From the IMG/VR virus record IMGVR_UViG_3300012979_000030, positions 42,511-106,510 of that record: a stretch of DNA of 64,000 bases, one strand, 5' to 3'. This stretch comes from a virus. Its lineage: Duplodnaviria > Caudoviricetes. The notes under the pieces are model-generated. The model saw only the letters and a list, made by a program, of their open reading frames with translations. It had not been told where the DNA came from and searched no databases. The translations under genes and the position numbers were made by a program. The first letter of the stretch is position 1. Each line of letters starts with the position of its first letter. Below are positions 49,098-58,532 of this stretch, in pieces.

Positions 49098-49643
49098 ATG
49101 ACTTTTGTAGATAAATTATTAATTTATAATAAAAAATATATTGTTTCTAGTATATATCAAAATACAGTATATAACAATAAACCATTATATGAATATTTTG
49201 GTGAGAAAAAGAAAACAAACAAAAAAGGCAAGACATTTGAATCTCTCTTAAATAAGATGCTATCAAATGTAGTTCCAAATCTTGATATTAAATATACAAA
49301 AATGAGTTTGGGTGATTGTATTAAATATGAAAAATGTTTTTTAAAACATTTTAATAGATATATTAGCATTAATGAATTATATGAATATATTAGAATATCA
49401 AATGGTGATTTTATAGTTGTGTTGCCACCTAGTTTTTTTTGTAGAAAATATCAAGTTGTATGTTATGATATGAATGGTATTCAAAAATATATAGATTATG
49501 TGTCATTGGATGATTCTATAAAAGATAATAGAATAAAATTGTATAATAGATATTTCAAACATATAACAATGGATAATGTAAATGAAATATTCTGCAATTC
49601 AACAATAGAAGAACACATTGATTTAAAAAAAAGGTTCTTATAA
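49098..49643 (+). CDS. Hypothetical protein
   Basis: AAGGAG RBS; converges on a hairpin at about 49626-49654. Confidence 0.7.
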   Translation: MTFVDKLLIYNKKYIVSSIYQNTVYNNKPLYEYFGEKKKTNKKGKTFESLLNKMLSNVVPNLDIKYTKMSLGDCIKYEKCFLKHFNRYISINELYEYIRISNGDFIVVLPPSFFCRKYQVVCYDMNGIQKYIDYVSLDDSIKDNRIKLYNRYFKHITMDNVNEIFCNSTIEEHIDLKKRFL

Positions 49644-49653
49644 GAACCTTTTT

Positions 49654-50520
49654 TTATTTTATATCCTTAATTGAACCTCTCCCTTTATGTAGATTATCAT
49701 CAGGATTATATGCAAATTTTACAGATGAACCCTTGGGTCTTGAATAATATGTTTTATCTTTATTAATATTATATCTACCTTGACCTACAATAAACACCAT
49801 ACCGGTTTTATCACCAATTTTTATTTTTGATGAATCAGCATATGCTTTATTTGTTGCAATTTCTTCAACTTTATTAGAATTTTGTTCTTTAAAGAAAATG
49901 GAATCCTGGTTGAATATTTTCCCAAGTCTTACTGCTTGTTCTTTTGATATTTTTGGAATGAAGAAACTGTTTTCTTCTGAATCTCTATCCTCTGGATTAA
50001 CTCTTGGTTGTCCTAATTCATCAAATCCACCTCGTGTTTTAACATATCCCCTTAATCCCCATTTATTTAATAACAATTCAATTTGTTTTGTTCTTCTGTT
50101 ATTAAATGCTTTTTTATCTTGTTCATTTTTGAATGATGATGTATTTCGTTCTGCTGAAATATTTGCAAATGAATCTTTAGTATTATCTAAATGTTGGTTG
50201 AATCTTGATGCTTTTGTTTCATCTAATTCATTTGATGATTCTAATTCTTTCACTTTCTCTTTCCAATATTTAAGATTTCTTTCTGCTCTTGGGATTGATC
50301 CATTTGAGAAACCAAAATCATCATACTCTGCTAATAATAATTCATATTCCCAAGCACTAACTTGATCTTTTGCATATTGAAGTGTTATTTTTTCTTCTTG
50401 TTCATCTAATACCTCAACATCATCAATGTGTTCATTGAATTCTGTTAATATGTTGTAAAATTGTTCATTTGAACATTCTATTATTTTTGTAATATTATTT
50501 GTTGATATTCTTGCTTTCAT
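49654..50520 (-). CDS. Protein with C-terminal SAM-lyase-like (T3 SAMase/DUF3293-like) domain
   Basis: ISAER...N.RR...GGF.E...EENSF...LG..FNQDSIF; acidic N-terminal extension. Confidence 0.55.
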   Translation of the reverse strand: MKARISTNNITKIIECSNEQFYNILTEFNEHIDDVEVLDEQEEKITLQYAKDQVSAWEYELLLAEYDDFGFSNGSIPRAERNLKYWKEKVKELESSNELDETKASRFNQHLDNTKDSFANISAERNTSSFKNEQDKKAFNNRRTKQIELLLNKWGLRGYVKTRGGFDELGQPRVNPEDRDSEENSFFIPKISKEQAVRLGKIFNQDSIFFKEQNSNKVEEIATNKAYADSSKIKIGDKTGMVFIVGQGRYNINKDKTYYSRPKGSSVKFAYNPDDNLHKGRGSIKDIK

Positions 50521-52072
50521 TTGTTTCCTCATTTAATTTTTTAACAACATCTTTTGCAATACTTCTTAATATTTTTAATGATGTTGATTCTTTCTTTTCA
50601 TCATTGCTTTTTGGTTTATAGTCGTCTGGTTTGACCCATTTTTTATATGGATTTTCATCTTTTTCTAAAGAACGATTTATTCTTTGTTGTGTGTTTAAAA
50701 ATGCAAACCCATTTAAGTTTGTGATTCCAGGATGACCACCACTTGTTTTTAAAATAATCTCAGATATTGGTAGAGAGAATCTGTTTAAAAATTTAACAAT
50801 TTTTGATTTTAATTGTAATTGTTCTTGTGTGTCATCATCTTTTGGTGTAATTTCTGATGGTTTTAGATTCATACATTTCTCTATATTCATTTGTAATCTT
50901 TCATTTACATCATAAGTTTTGTTAAACAATGACATAAACTCATTATAGTCAAAACCTAATGCTAATTCTTCTCTTTCCTTGGATACATTTTCTTCCATTG
51001 TTTTTTTAATTGCCAATAATGATATATCATATTTGTCTTTGTTTAATAATGGAACATATTTGTTTTTAAAAATATCATCAATAACTAAATTTCCTAAATG
51101 TATACCATCATTTTTTGTTTCTTTATTCCAATTGTTTTTTGATACTTGCATCATACCAATTGAATCCCAAATCATGATAAAATATTTTGCATCTGGATAA
51201 TTTTTGAAAGCAGTATAACGGTCATATGAACCTGTTTTCATCATATTACCACCACCAATCTGAACAATTGTATTACCAATTAATGCATTTTTACCATATG
51301 ATAATTGCTCAATAGTATCAATGTCTGCATTTTGTATTTGTTTATCTTTTTGAGAATCTGCATAATAATCTGAATTTTTTTGTAATTGTAATATATCTAC
51401 CCAACCCTTATCACCATTTGAAATATGCTCTTTAATAATACTCAATGCATTTCTATACATTGAATATAATGATGGTGATGATGTCATAATAATGGTTTCT
51501 AAGAAATCTGGTTTATTTTTGTATGCTAATAGAACCTTATTAACTACCATACCAAATCTTAAATGGTTTTGTATTTTGTTTCTGTCTTTATTCCATTTAA
51601 ATATGTAATTTTTTAATTCATCAATACCAATTCCTTCATCTGAATAACCAGCAGAATCAACCATATCTATTACTTTTATATCTTCTTGTGAAAAAATTGA
51701 TGATGGTGAAATTATTGATGAAATTGTGCCAGCATTTGACTTTGAATGGGAAAAGTGACTGGATTGATTATTATATGAAATCTGTGAATCATGGTGATCT
51801 GTATGTATTTTCATAAATGGTTTACCATGTGCAAAATCAACTAAAACAGGTAATATATCATTGCTTGGTTTTAGAATTGCATATTCCATACCACCATATT
51901 GTATTCTTTCAACAGAAACAACCTTAATTCCATTTTTTTCAAGGTAATGTTTCATTGCAACAGCACTACATACACCATCCATATCAATATGAAAATATAT
52001 TTTTGCCTTATTATACTCTTTTGCTATTGAATTTATATTTCGAATACCTGATTCATACAAATCTAATTTCAT
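50495..52072 (-). CDS. DHH-family phosphoesterase
   Basis: FHIDMDG, LVDF, TDHHD, D.VDSA, SGGHPGI. Confidence 0.82.
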   Translation of the reverse strand: MKLDLYESGIRNINSIAKEYNKAKIYFHIDMDGVCSAVAMKHYLEKNGIKVVSVERIQYGGMEYAILKPSNDILPVLVDFAHGKPFMKIHTDHHDSQISYNNQSSHFSHSKSNAGTISSIISPSSIFSQEDIKVIDMVDSAGYSDEGIGIDELKNYIFKWNKDRNKIQNHLRFGMVVNKVLLAYKNKPDFLETIIMTSSPSLYSMYRNALSIIKEHISNGDKGWVDILQLQKNSDYYADSQKDKQIQNADIDTIEQLSYGKNALIGNTIVQIGGGNMMKTGSYDRYTAFKNYPDAKYFIMIWDSIGMMQVSKNNWNKETKNDGIHLGNLVIDDIFKNKYVPLLNKDKYDISLLAIKKTMEENVSKEREELALGFDYNEFMSLFNKTYDVNERLQMNIEKCMNLKPSEITPKDDDTQEQLQLKSKIVKFLNRFSLPISEIILKTSGGHPGITNLNGFAFLNTQQRINRSLEKDENPYKKWVKPDDYKPKSNDEKKESTSLKILRSIAKDVVKKLNEETNESKNINK

Positions 52073-52153
52073 ATTTTTGATAACCTCATTTTAATTACTA
52101 TTTTATAATATTTATTTGTATAAAACAAGATGAAATACATAACAGAATTAATG

Positions 52154-52161
52154 TATAAATA
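52154..52161 (+). promoter_or_regulatory. T4-type late promoter motif
   Basis: TATAAATA about 30 nt before ATG 52191. Confidence 0.6.
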
Positions 52162-52190
52162 ATAATATATTATTATTGTATTGGTGTGTT

Positions 52191-53633
52191 ATGGAAAAAC
52201 AAGTATTGAATGAAAAGTATTTGCATAGTGATGTAACATTTGGTTTTGAATTGGAAGCAAATGTTTATTATGATTATGTCCCACTTGATTACGATTCACA
52301 TGTATGGGATGATTATATAAATTACAATATTAATAACCCATCACAATTTGAAAATTTGGGGGAATTTGTTGATTTTTTTATAGATGATTCATATGATTTT
52401 CTTAATAATGATCCACAGTCAAGACATTTGATTGATGATACTAAAATGTATGATAATGTTAAGAAAAAAATTGAAAAATATTTTCCAAAATCAGCACCTT
52501 GGATAATAAATTATTCTGATAAAATTGAATATGATGGATCATTAGCAGCAAATGGTTTTGAATGGCCATCACACACCATGAAATTTACACCAGATGCAAT
52601 TGCTCATTGTATTCATTTTTTAAGTAATTTAGATGAGGAACATATTTATGTTGATGATACATGTGGGTTTCATACACATATATCATTTCCAAATTTTACA
52701 CTAGATGATGTGAAATGGATTGTTTTAAATATTGCATTAAATGATGAATATATAAATGAATTCACATCAATGGTATACAATGACTACAAATTTGATTTTA
52801 TTGATTATTATGCAAAAGAAACATTTTTTAGTGATATTAGAACTGCTTTTAATGAAAAAAACTTCAGCAAACTATCAGAGTTGTTAGATGATGAAAAGTA
52901 TAGGGTATTGAGAATTCACCCACAAGGTACATTGGAATGGAGGGGTCCAAGAGGATTTTTGAATGAAGAAGAGGATAAGAAATTAATCAAACAATTTTTT
53001 GTAAAGTTATTTAAGGTTGTAAATATTATATCTGATATATTAAAATCAAATTATATTGGTGATTATGATAAAAACACAATATTAGAACTTTTAAACACAA
53101 ATGATATGCCATTTGGTAAGACACCATCCAGATATAAAGATTTTATTTTTAAATTACAAGATAACCCCAAAAAATTATACTCCTTAAAAGATTCACCATT
53201 AAGTTTTATATTCAAAATAATTAAAAATAATGAACATAGTACAATGATATTGTCAAAATTATTGTATAGATTAATTGTTATGGAGAATAAACAAGTCCCA
53301 ACAAATATATTAGCAATGTTCATAATGTGTGATGATATATTTTCTGTAAAACAACTCAATGATATTATTAAACATTTAAAACAACCATTACCAATTAAGG
53401 AAATGATACAGTGTAATAGATGGTATAATTATACCGAGGAATTGCTAATTATACAACTAATCCGTTTTTTAGAATCATATTCTATTGATGACTGTTTGAA
53501 TGTTATTAATAATTATAATGGTAATGAAAAACTATTTGTTGATTGTTTTAATAAAATGTGGTATCTTCGTTGTAAATCAGAAATGCCAAAAATAATTAAA
53601 AATACATTAGAAAATAAACTGAATAAAAAATGA
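52191..53633 (+). CDS. Putative amidoligase, paralog 3
   Basis: MEKQVLNE..., GFELE, YDGSL, FEWPS, TCGFHTH, KYRVLRIHPQGTLEWRGPRGF. Confidence 0.8.
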   Translation: MEKQVLNEKYLHSDVTFGFELEANVYYDYVPLDYDSHVWDDYINYNINNPSQFENLGEFVDFFIDDSYDFLNNDPQSRHLIDDTKMYDNVKKKIEKYFPKSAPWIINYSDKIEYDGSLAANGFEWPSHTMKFTPDAIAHCIHFLSNLDEEHIYVDDTCGFHTHISFPNFTLDDVKWIVLNIALNDEYINEFTSMVYNDYKFDFIDYYAKETFFSDIRTAFNEKNFSKLSELLDDEKYRVLRIHPQGTLEWRGPRGFLNEEEDKKLIKQFFVKLFKVVNIISDILKSNYIGDYDKNTILELLNTNDMPFGKTPSRYKDFIFKLQDNPKKLYSLKDSPLSFIFKIIKNNEHSTMILSKLLYRLIVMENKQVPTNILAMFIMCDDIFSVKQLNDIIKHLKQPLPIKEMIQCNRWYNYTEELLIIQLIRFLESYSIDDCLNVINNYNGNEKLFVDCFNKMWYLRCKSEMPKIIKNTLENKLNKK

Positions 53634-53711
53634 TTAAATTTGTCTAATAATATCACTTGACATTTAGAATAAAATGTAGTATTTTCTTATCATGTGATAG
53701 GAGAATGCATA

Positions 53712-55295
53712 ATGGGAACAAATTTAAAAACAGATTTTTTTGTTGGATTTGAATTAGAAGCTTTTGCATATATATCTGATTTTATAGATTTAGATAATTA
53801 TGATTTTGAAGAAAATGTTTGTTGTAATTATTTAAATGATTACAACTATGAACCTGATGAGGGGGAATATAATCCATTGGAAGAATTTTATAATAATATA
53901 AGAAACTTCTTTAAAAGAGAATTTGGATTATCTGGGAATGTTCATTATGATGGTTCTGTTAAAGGTTTCAAAGATGGTTATAATGGATTTGAATGGTCAT
54001 CAAATCCAATGAGAGTTACACCTCATAATATGAATTGTATAAAGACAATGTTAAAAAAATTAAAATATGACAATATACACATTAATGACACATGTGGGTT
54101 TCATACACATTTTTCAAATAAAAACATAACAGAACAAGATGCAATGTGGATATTAATGGTTATATCAATGAATGATAATTTTGTTAAGGAAATTACAGAA
54201 TTTGAATATTTAGATAAAAATGATTATGAATTGTTTGGTAGTGTCAAACATGTTAAATTTAGTAATGATAGATATGCTGATAAAAATTTTTTAACATTAT
54301 TAAAAAATGCAATTAATGAAAAAAAATATTTAATGTTGGCACACTTGTTAAATGATGAAAAGTATAGAGTGTTAAGAATTCATCCACAGGGTACATTGGA
54401 ATGGCGTGGTCCAAGAGGTTTCATAGAATCCGATAATGGTGTTGATTCATATATTAAGAAAGTATACAATATTATTGATATATTTCAATATGCAATTGAA
54501 TGTAAAACACTAAATGGTATTTCTAAAAAAGAGTGGATGGATAATATATATGTGAATTATGTTTCTGATGGAAATAGATGTGATTTACCATTAATTCTAT
54601 CAGAACGTCAGATAAAAAATAATAAATTTGGTATTGTCTCATTTGGTAACAATAATTATGATACATTTTATAGTGGTTATAATTGTCACAGACATAGATA
54701 CAATGATCCATGTAATTTGGTTTCAAATAAAATCATTGATTGTCCAAGAATATTGGTTGAGGATTCATCATTGCATACAAAACTTAATAGAATTTGTAAT
54801 AATTTAAATATTAAAAATAAGTTGAGATATGTAATTGAAAGTATAAATGCTTGTGGAATAACAATACCTCTAAATGTTCAGTGGTTTATGATATTAAATA
54901 ATCCAACATTATTACCATATGTAACAAGAGATTTATGGAAACATTTGAGTGTTGAACGGTTGATTCAAATTATTAGAGATAATGGTTTTAGAATTGAAAC
55001 CGATAATAAAAAGAAAATGATTGATTATATAATTGAACAATTGCACAAGTATATTGATATATCTAGTGTTTTATATATTTTAACATCATTATGTGAAATT
55101 AATGGTAATTGGGTTTATGATTATATATACAGTAAAAAGGATATTATTTTCGAAAAATTGAATTTATATTATAATGAAGTTACAGAGATATATGGGAATA
55201 AAATTAAAATAGATTCATCAAAAGATTTTATATGCTTCTTGTTATATGTCCAACAGAATGAGGATTTGTTACAACCGGTATTTGTCCAAAAATAA
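53712..55295 (+). CDS. Putative amidoligase, paralog 4
   Basis: GFELE, HYDGSV, FEWSS, TCGFHTH, KYRVLRIHPQGTLEWRGPRGF; AGGAG RBS; TTGACA at 53657. Confidence 0.8.
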   Translation: MGTNLKTDFFVGFELEAFAYISDFIDLDNYDFEENVCCNYLNDYNYEPDEGEYNPLEEFYNNIRNFFKREFGLSGNVHYDGSVKGFKDGYNGFEWSSNPMRVTPHNMNCIKTMLKKLKYDNIHINDTCGFHTHFSNKNITEQDAMWILMVISMNDNFVKEITEFEYLDKNDYELFGSVKHVKFSNDRYADKNFLTLLKNAINEKKYLMLAHLLNDEKYRVLRIHPQGTLEWRGPRGFIESDNGVDSYIKKVYNIIDIFQYAIECKTLNGISKKEWMDNIYVNYVSDGNRCDLPLILSERQIKNNKFGIVSFGNNNYDTFYSGYNCHRHRYNDPCNLVSNKIIDCPRILVEDSSLHTKLNRICNNLNIKNKLRYVIESINACGITIPLNVQWFMILNNPTLLPYVTRDLWKHLSVERLIQIIRDNGFRIETDNKKKMIDYIIEQLHKYIDISSVLYILTSLCEINGNWVYDYIYSKKDIIFEKLNLYYNEVTEIYGNKIKIDSSKDFICFLLYVQQNEDLLQPVFVQK

Positions 55296-55298
55296 CGC

Positions 55299-55327
55299 TT
55301 GACAATCTTAAATTATTGATGTATAGT
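55299..55327 (+). promoter_or_regulatory. sigma70-type early promoter
   Basis: TTGACA-17 bp-TATAGT. Confidence 0.8.
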
Positions 55328-55355
55328 GATGTTGTAAAAACGAAAGGAACAAAAC

Positions 55356-56708
55356 ATGGTAAAACATTTAAAATCAATATTTAAAATTGGGTTTGAATTA
55401 GAAGGAAATGTGGATTCAAGAGTTAATGATAGAAATACATTAACTACCATATTAGATAATCTTTTGGGTGGAACCGGTGAAATGCATTATGATGGTTCTA
55501 TCAGAAGAACTAATGGAACAGATGTTACATTTGAGTATGCTAGTCCCGTTATTGATTATACACCATCAAATATTAATATGGTTATAAAATGTTTAGATAA
55601 ATTACCAGAATTGGGTGTAACAACAAATAGATCCTGTGGTTTTCATACCCATATTTCTTTTCCATCTATTAGTGTTGAAGACACAATTTGGTTTATTTTC
55701 TGGATGTGTGCCAACAATGAATATAAAAAGTTTAAAAAATTGGGAAGAACTAATTTATATGGTATGACATATGCAAAATTTTCAATTTTTGAATCTATAT
55801 CAAATAGAATCTATGCGGGTGATTCTATGCATAATATCTTGCGTGATATTGTCACAAATGAAAAATATCGTGCGATTAGAATTCACCCACAAGGAACAAT
55901 AGAGTGGAGAGGTCCAAGAACATTCTTAAATACACCAACACACAAAAAAACTGTTTCATTTTTCAAAAAATTGGATTTGTTTATTTCTTCATTCATTAGA
56001 AGTATTGAGGAAACTTCTGTGGTTGTTTTGGATAAAGAGTATAAAAAGAAAGATGTTTTGGATATTGCAAAAAATTATTTAGGATATGTGTCATTTAAGA
56101 GTAATAAAAAACAAACATTTTATGAAAAAATTATGTCAAATCCTACAATATTAGATAAAATGTCATACAAAGATTTGAAGAAAAAAACAGAGGAAATTAA
56201 AAGAGCATTTAATAGAGGGTTTAATGTTAGTGTGTCTGATTTAAAATCAAAATCATTGTTTAAATGGGTGGTTGATAATGAATTAATCAGTGATGCTATA
56301 CATGTGTTTGATATTAATGTGATTTTGGATGGTGCTAATGAATTATATGATAGAAAAAAATTATATAATGTATTGAAAACATATTGGAAAAAACACCTTA
56401 AATATACTGATATCATTCTTAAAAAGATTGAAATGTGGAATGAAAGTGGATTATATAAAAACACAATTAATCTATTCATAAATGACATCTTATCAACTTG
56501 CTCTGTTTTGAGTCATCAATTTAGATTTTTTGCAACACCAAAGTGGTTGAAACTTCTTACACTAGAACAAAATAAATCTTTGTGTGAACGCATAAATCAA
56601 AAAATAACTGATGTCAAAGATGATATTTGGAATTCGGATTCTTATTTTATGAATATTGAACTTAATAAAATAAAAGATGATGTTATGTTTTTTATTTGTA
56701 AAAAATAA
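55356..56708 (+). CDS. Putative amidoligase, paralog 5
   Basis: GFELE, HYDGSI, FEYASP, SCGFHTH, KYRAIRIHPQGTIEWRGPR. Confidence 0.8.
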   Translation: MVKHLKSIFKIGFELEGNVDSRVNDRNTLTTILDNLLGGTGEMHYDGSIRRTNGTDVTFEYASPVIDYTPSNINMVIKCLDKLPELGVTTNRSCGFHTHISFPSISVEDTIWFIFWMCANNEYKKFKKLGRTNLYGMTYAKFSIFESISNRIYAGDSMHNILRDIVTNEKYRAIRIHPQGTIEWRGPRTFLNTPTHKKTVSFFKKLDLFISSFIRSIEETSVVVLDKEYKKKDVLDIAKNYLGYVSFKSNKKQTFYEKIMSNPTILDKMSYKDLKKKTEEIKRAFNRGFNVSVSDLKSKSLFKWVVDNELISDAIHVFDINVILDGANELYDRKKLYNVLKTYWKKHLKYTDIILKKIEMWNESGLYKNTINLFINDILSTCSVLSHQFRFFATPKWLKLLTLEQNKSLCERINQKITDVKDDIWNSDSYFMNIELNKIKDDVMFFICKK

Positions 56709-56720
56709 CTATACTGAATT

Positions 56721-56749
56721 AAAAACCCACACATTTGTGTGGGTTTTTT
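56721..56749. terminator. Bidirectional intrinsic terminator
   Basis: AAAAACCCACACA-TT-TGTGTGGGTTTTT. Confidence 0.88.
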
Positions 56750-56750
56750 A

Positions 56751-58442
56751 TTATATTACATATTTTTTGAGGGCATAAATGTAATCTCTCTTGGTTTTAT
56801 CTATTTTTGGTGTATTTATGATATAAAATAAACTGTCCTTAATTATATCATTTATTTGTGGATCAATTGAGGACACATTTAAATACATTTCTTTTGCCAT
56901 ATTTTTTGTGTCTAATGATTCGGTTATGGTCTTTTTAGAAATTAAACCTGTGTTAATAATTGATTTTGATATGTTTATTGCCTTATTTGCATTTAATGTT
57001 AATTTGAGACCATTTGATAATATAATTGTATCATTTTTTTGTTCTGAAAGAATATTTTGTCTTTTCTTTTCATTTTCTAATGTTTCTTTGATTGCAATAT
57101 ATTTTAATGATGGATGTTTGAATCCAACCATAGATTCAATATTTTCTAATGCATGTGAATAATTTATATTCATATCAGATGATTCAGATAATACTGTTTT
57201 ATAATTATTAATGGATAAATTGTTTAAACATTCATTATATAGACTCTTAATGGTTTTGGATAATTTTTTGACACCAATATTATATGAGTGATTCTCAATT
57301 AAATCTGAAAGAGCATTTAGTTTTAGTGTCTCATTGACAATTGATTTTGTCAATGAATTATTTGTGAAACCATTTATATTAAAAGAATCTGCTAATATAT
57401 TAATACTTGAAATTATGTCCATATTAAAAGTTTTTGTATCACCATCAATATTTTCAAATACTAATAGTTTTGATGGAACAATTTTTGAATCAATTGATTT
57501 TGATAACCACATATCAAGCAAATCATTTTTTGATACTGAATATGTTTCACATATATTGTTTCTTTTTATTGCCAATAATATATCTGTACCTGTTTTTGCA
57601 TTATCAGAAACAGATATCAAATGATTATATGCTCTTGATAGATTATCTTTATCATTTTTTGTTTTAATTATGTATGCTTTAACATTTTCTAAAACCATAA
57701 TAGTATGTGGTGTATTTTTGGAAACAATGTTTTTTAGATATCTTTGTTTCATAAAATTTGAAACATTGTTTATATTTGAGATGTTTTCATATAATTTTTT
57801 ATATTCTTGATTACATTTTGATTCAAAATGTTTTACTATGTTTCTTATTTTATCAAATTTTTTTTCTAAAAGAGTTTTGGTTAACAGAGATTTGATTTTT
57901 TTATTATTCAAACCTTCTAAACATAAAATTGATGAAATCATATCATTCATGAATGATAATTTATTTTTGTTTCTCAATGATTCTGATATATATAAGTCAG
58001 ATGATCTATTTGTATTTGATAGTGTTGTTGATAATTCATATAATGTTTTTGTTACATCATAATTAATAGATTCATTCATATCATTTTCCTTTTTTGTTTC
58101 AATACCATTTTTGATTATGTTATAAATTCTTCTTCTGTTTAGATTATCAAATAAATGTATCTGAACAGATACACCATTTAAAACAGATAATTCTCTGATT
58201 CTTTGAATTATTTTTTCAAACTCATTTGATAAACTGGAATTATCTTTCCAAATGTTTATTAATGGATTATCATCATCTGCCAATTCAATCATAATTTTTT
58301 CATTTGTTATATATATCCATTTTGTTTCATCAGATTTAATGGTTGTATTACCATCCTCATCATATAATTTTAATATGAAATTATAATCAGAACTATGTAA
58401 GATGCTTAATAAATCATTCTTTAATGTTGTATATTTCATCAT
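56751..58442 (-). CDS. Putative prohead core/internal head protein
   Basis: Divergent from terL; many (L/I/V)-x-E-(S/N/T) sites; late-type motif upstream. Confidence 0.5.
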   Translation of the reverse strand: MMKYTTLKNDLLSILHSSDYNFILKLYDEDGNTTIKSDETKWIYITNEKIMIELADDDNPLINIWKDNSSLSNEFEKIIQRIRELSVLNGVSVQIHLFDNLNRRRIYNIIKNGIETKKENDMNESINYDVTKTLYELSTTLSNTNRSSDLYISESLRNKNKLSFMNDMISSILCLEGLNNKKIKSLLTKTLLEKKFDKIRNIVKHFESKCNQEYKKLYENISNINNVSNFMKQRYLKNIVSKNTPHTIMVLENVKAYIIKTKNDKDNLSRAYNHLISVSDNAKTGTDILLAIKRNNICETYSVSKNDLLDMWLSKSIDSKIVPSKLLVFENIDGDTKTFNMDIISSINILADSFNINGFTNNSLTKSIVNETLKLNALSDLIENHSYNIGVKKLSKTIKSLYNECLNNLSINNYKTVLSESSDMNINYSHALENIESMVGFKHPSLKYIAIKETLENEKKRQNILSEQKNDTIILSNGLKLTLNANKAINISKSIINTGLISKKTITESLDTKNMAKEMYLNVSSIDPQINDIIKDSLFYIINTPKIDKTKRDYIYALKKYVI

Positions 58443-58532
58443 TTATCCCTAATTGTATATATAAAATTATTTATTGATAAATCATAGTTTTAATATTCTT
58501 AAATAGTAAATAATATATATTAAGGAGTTAAA

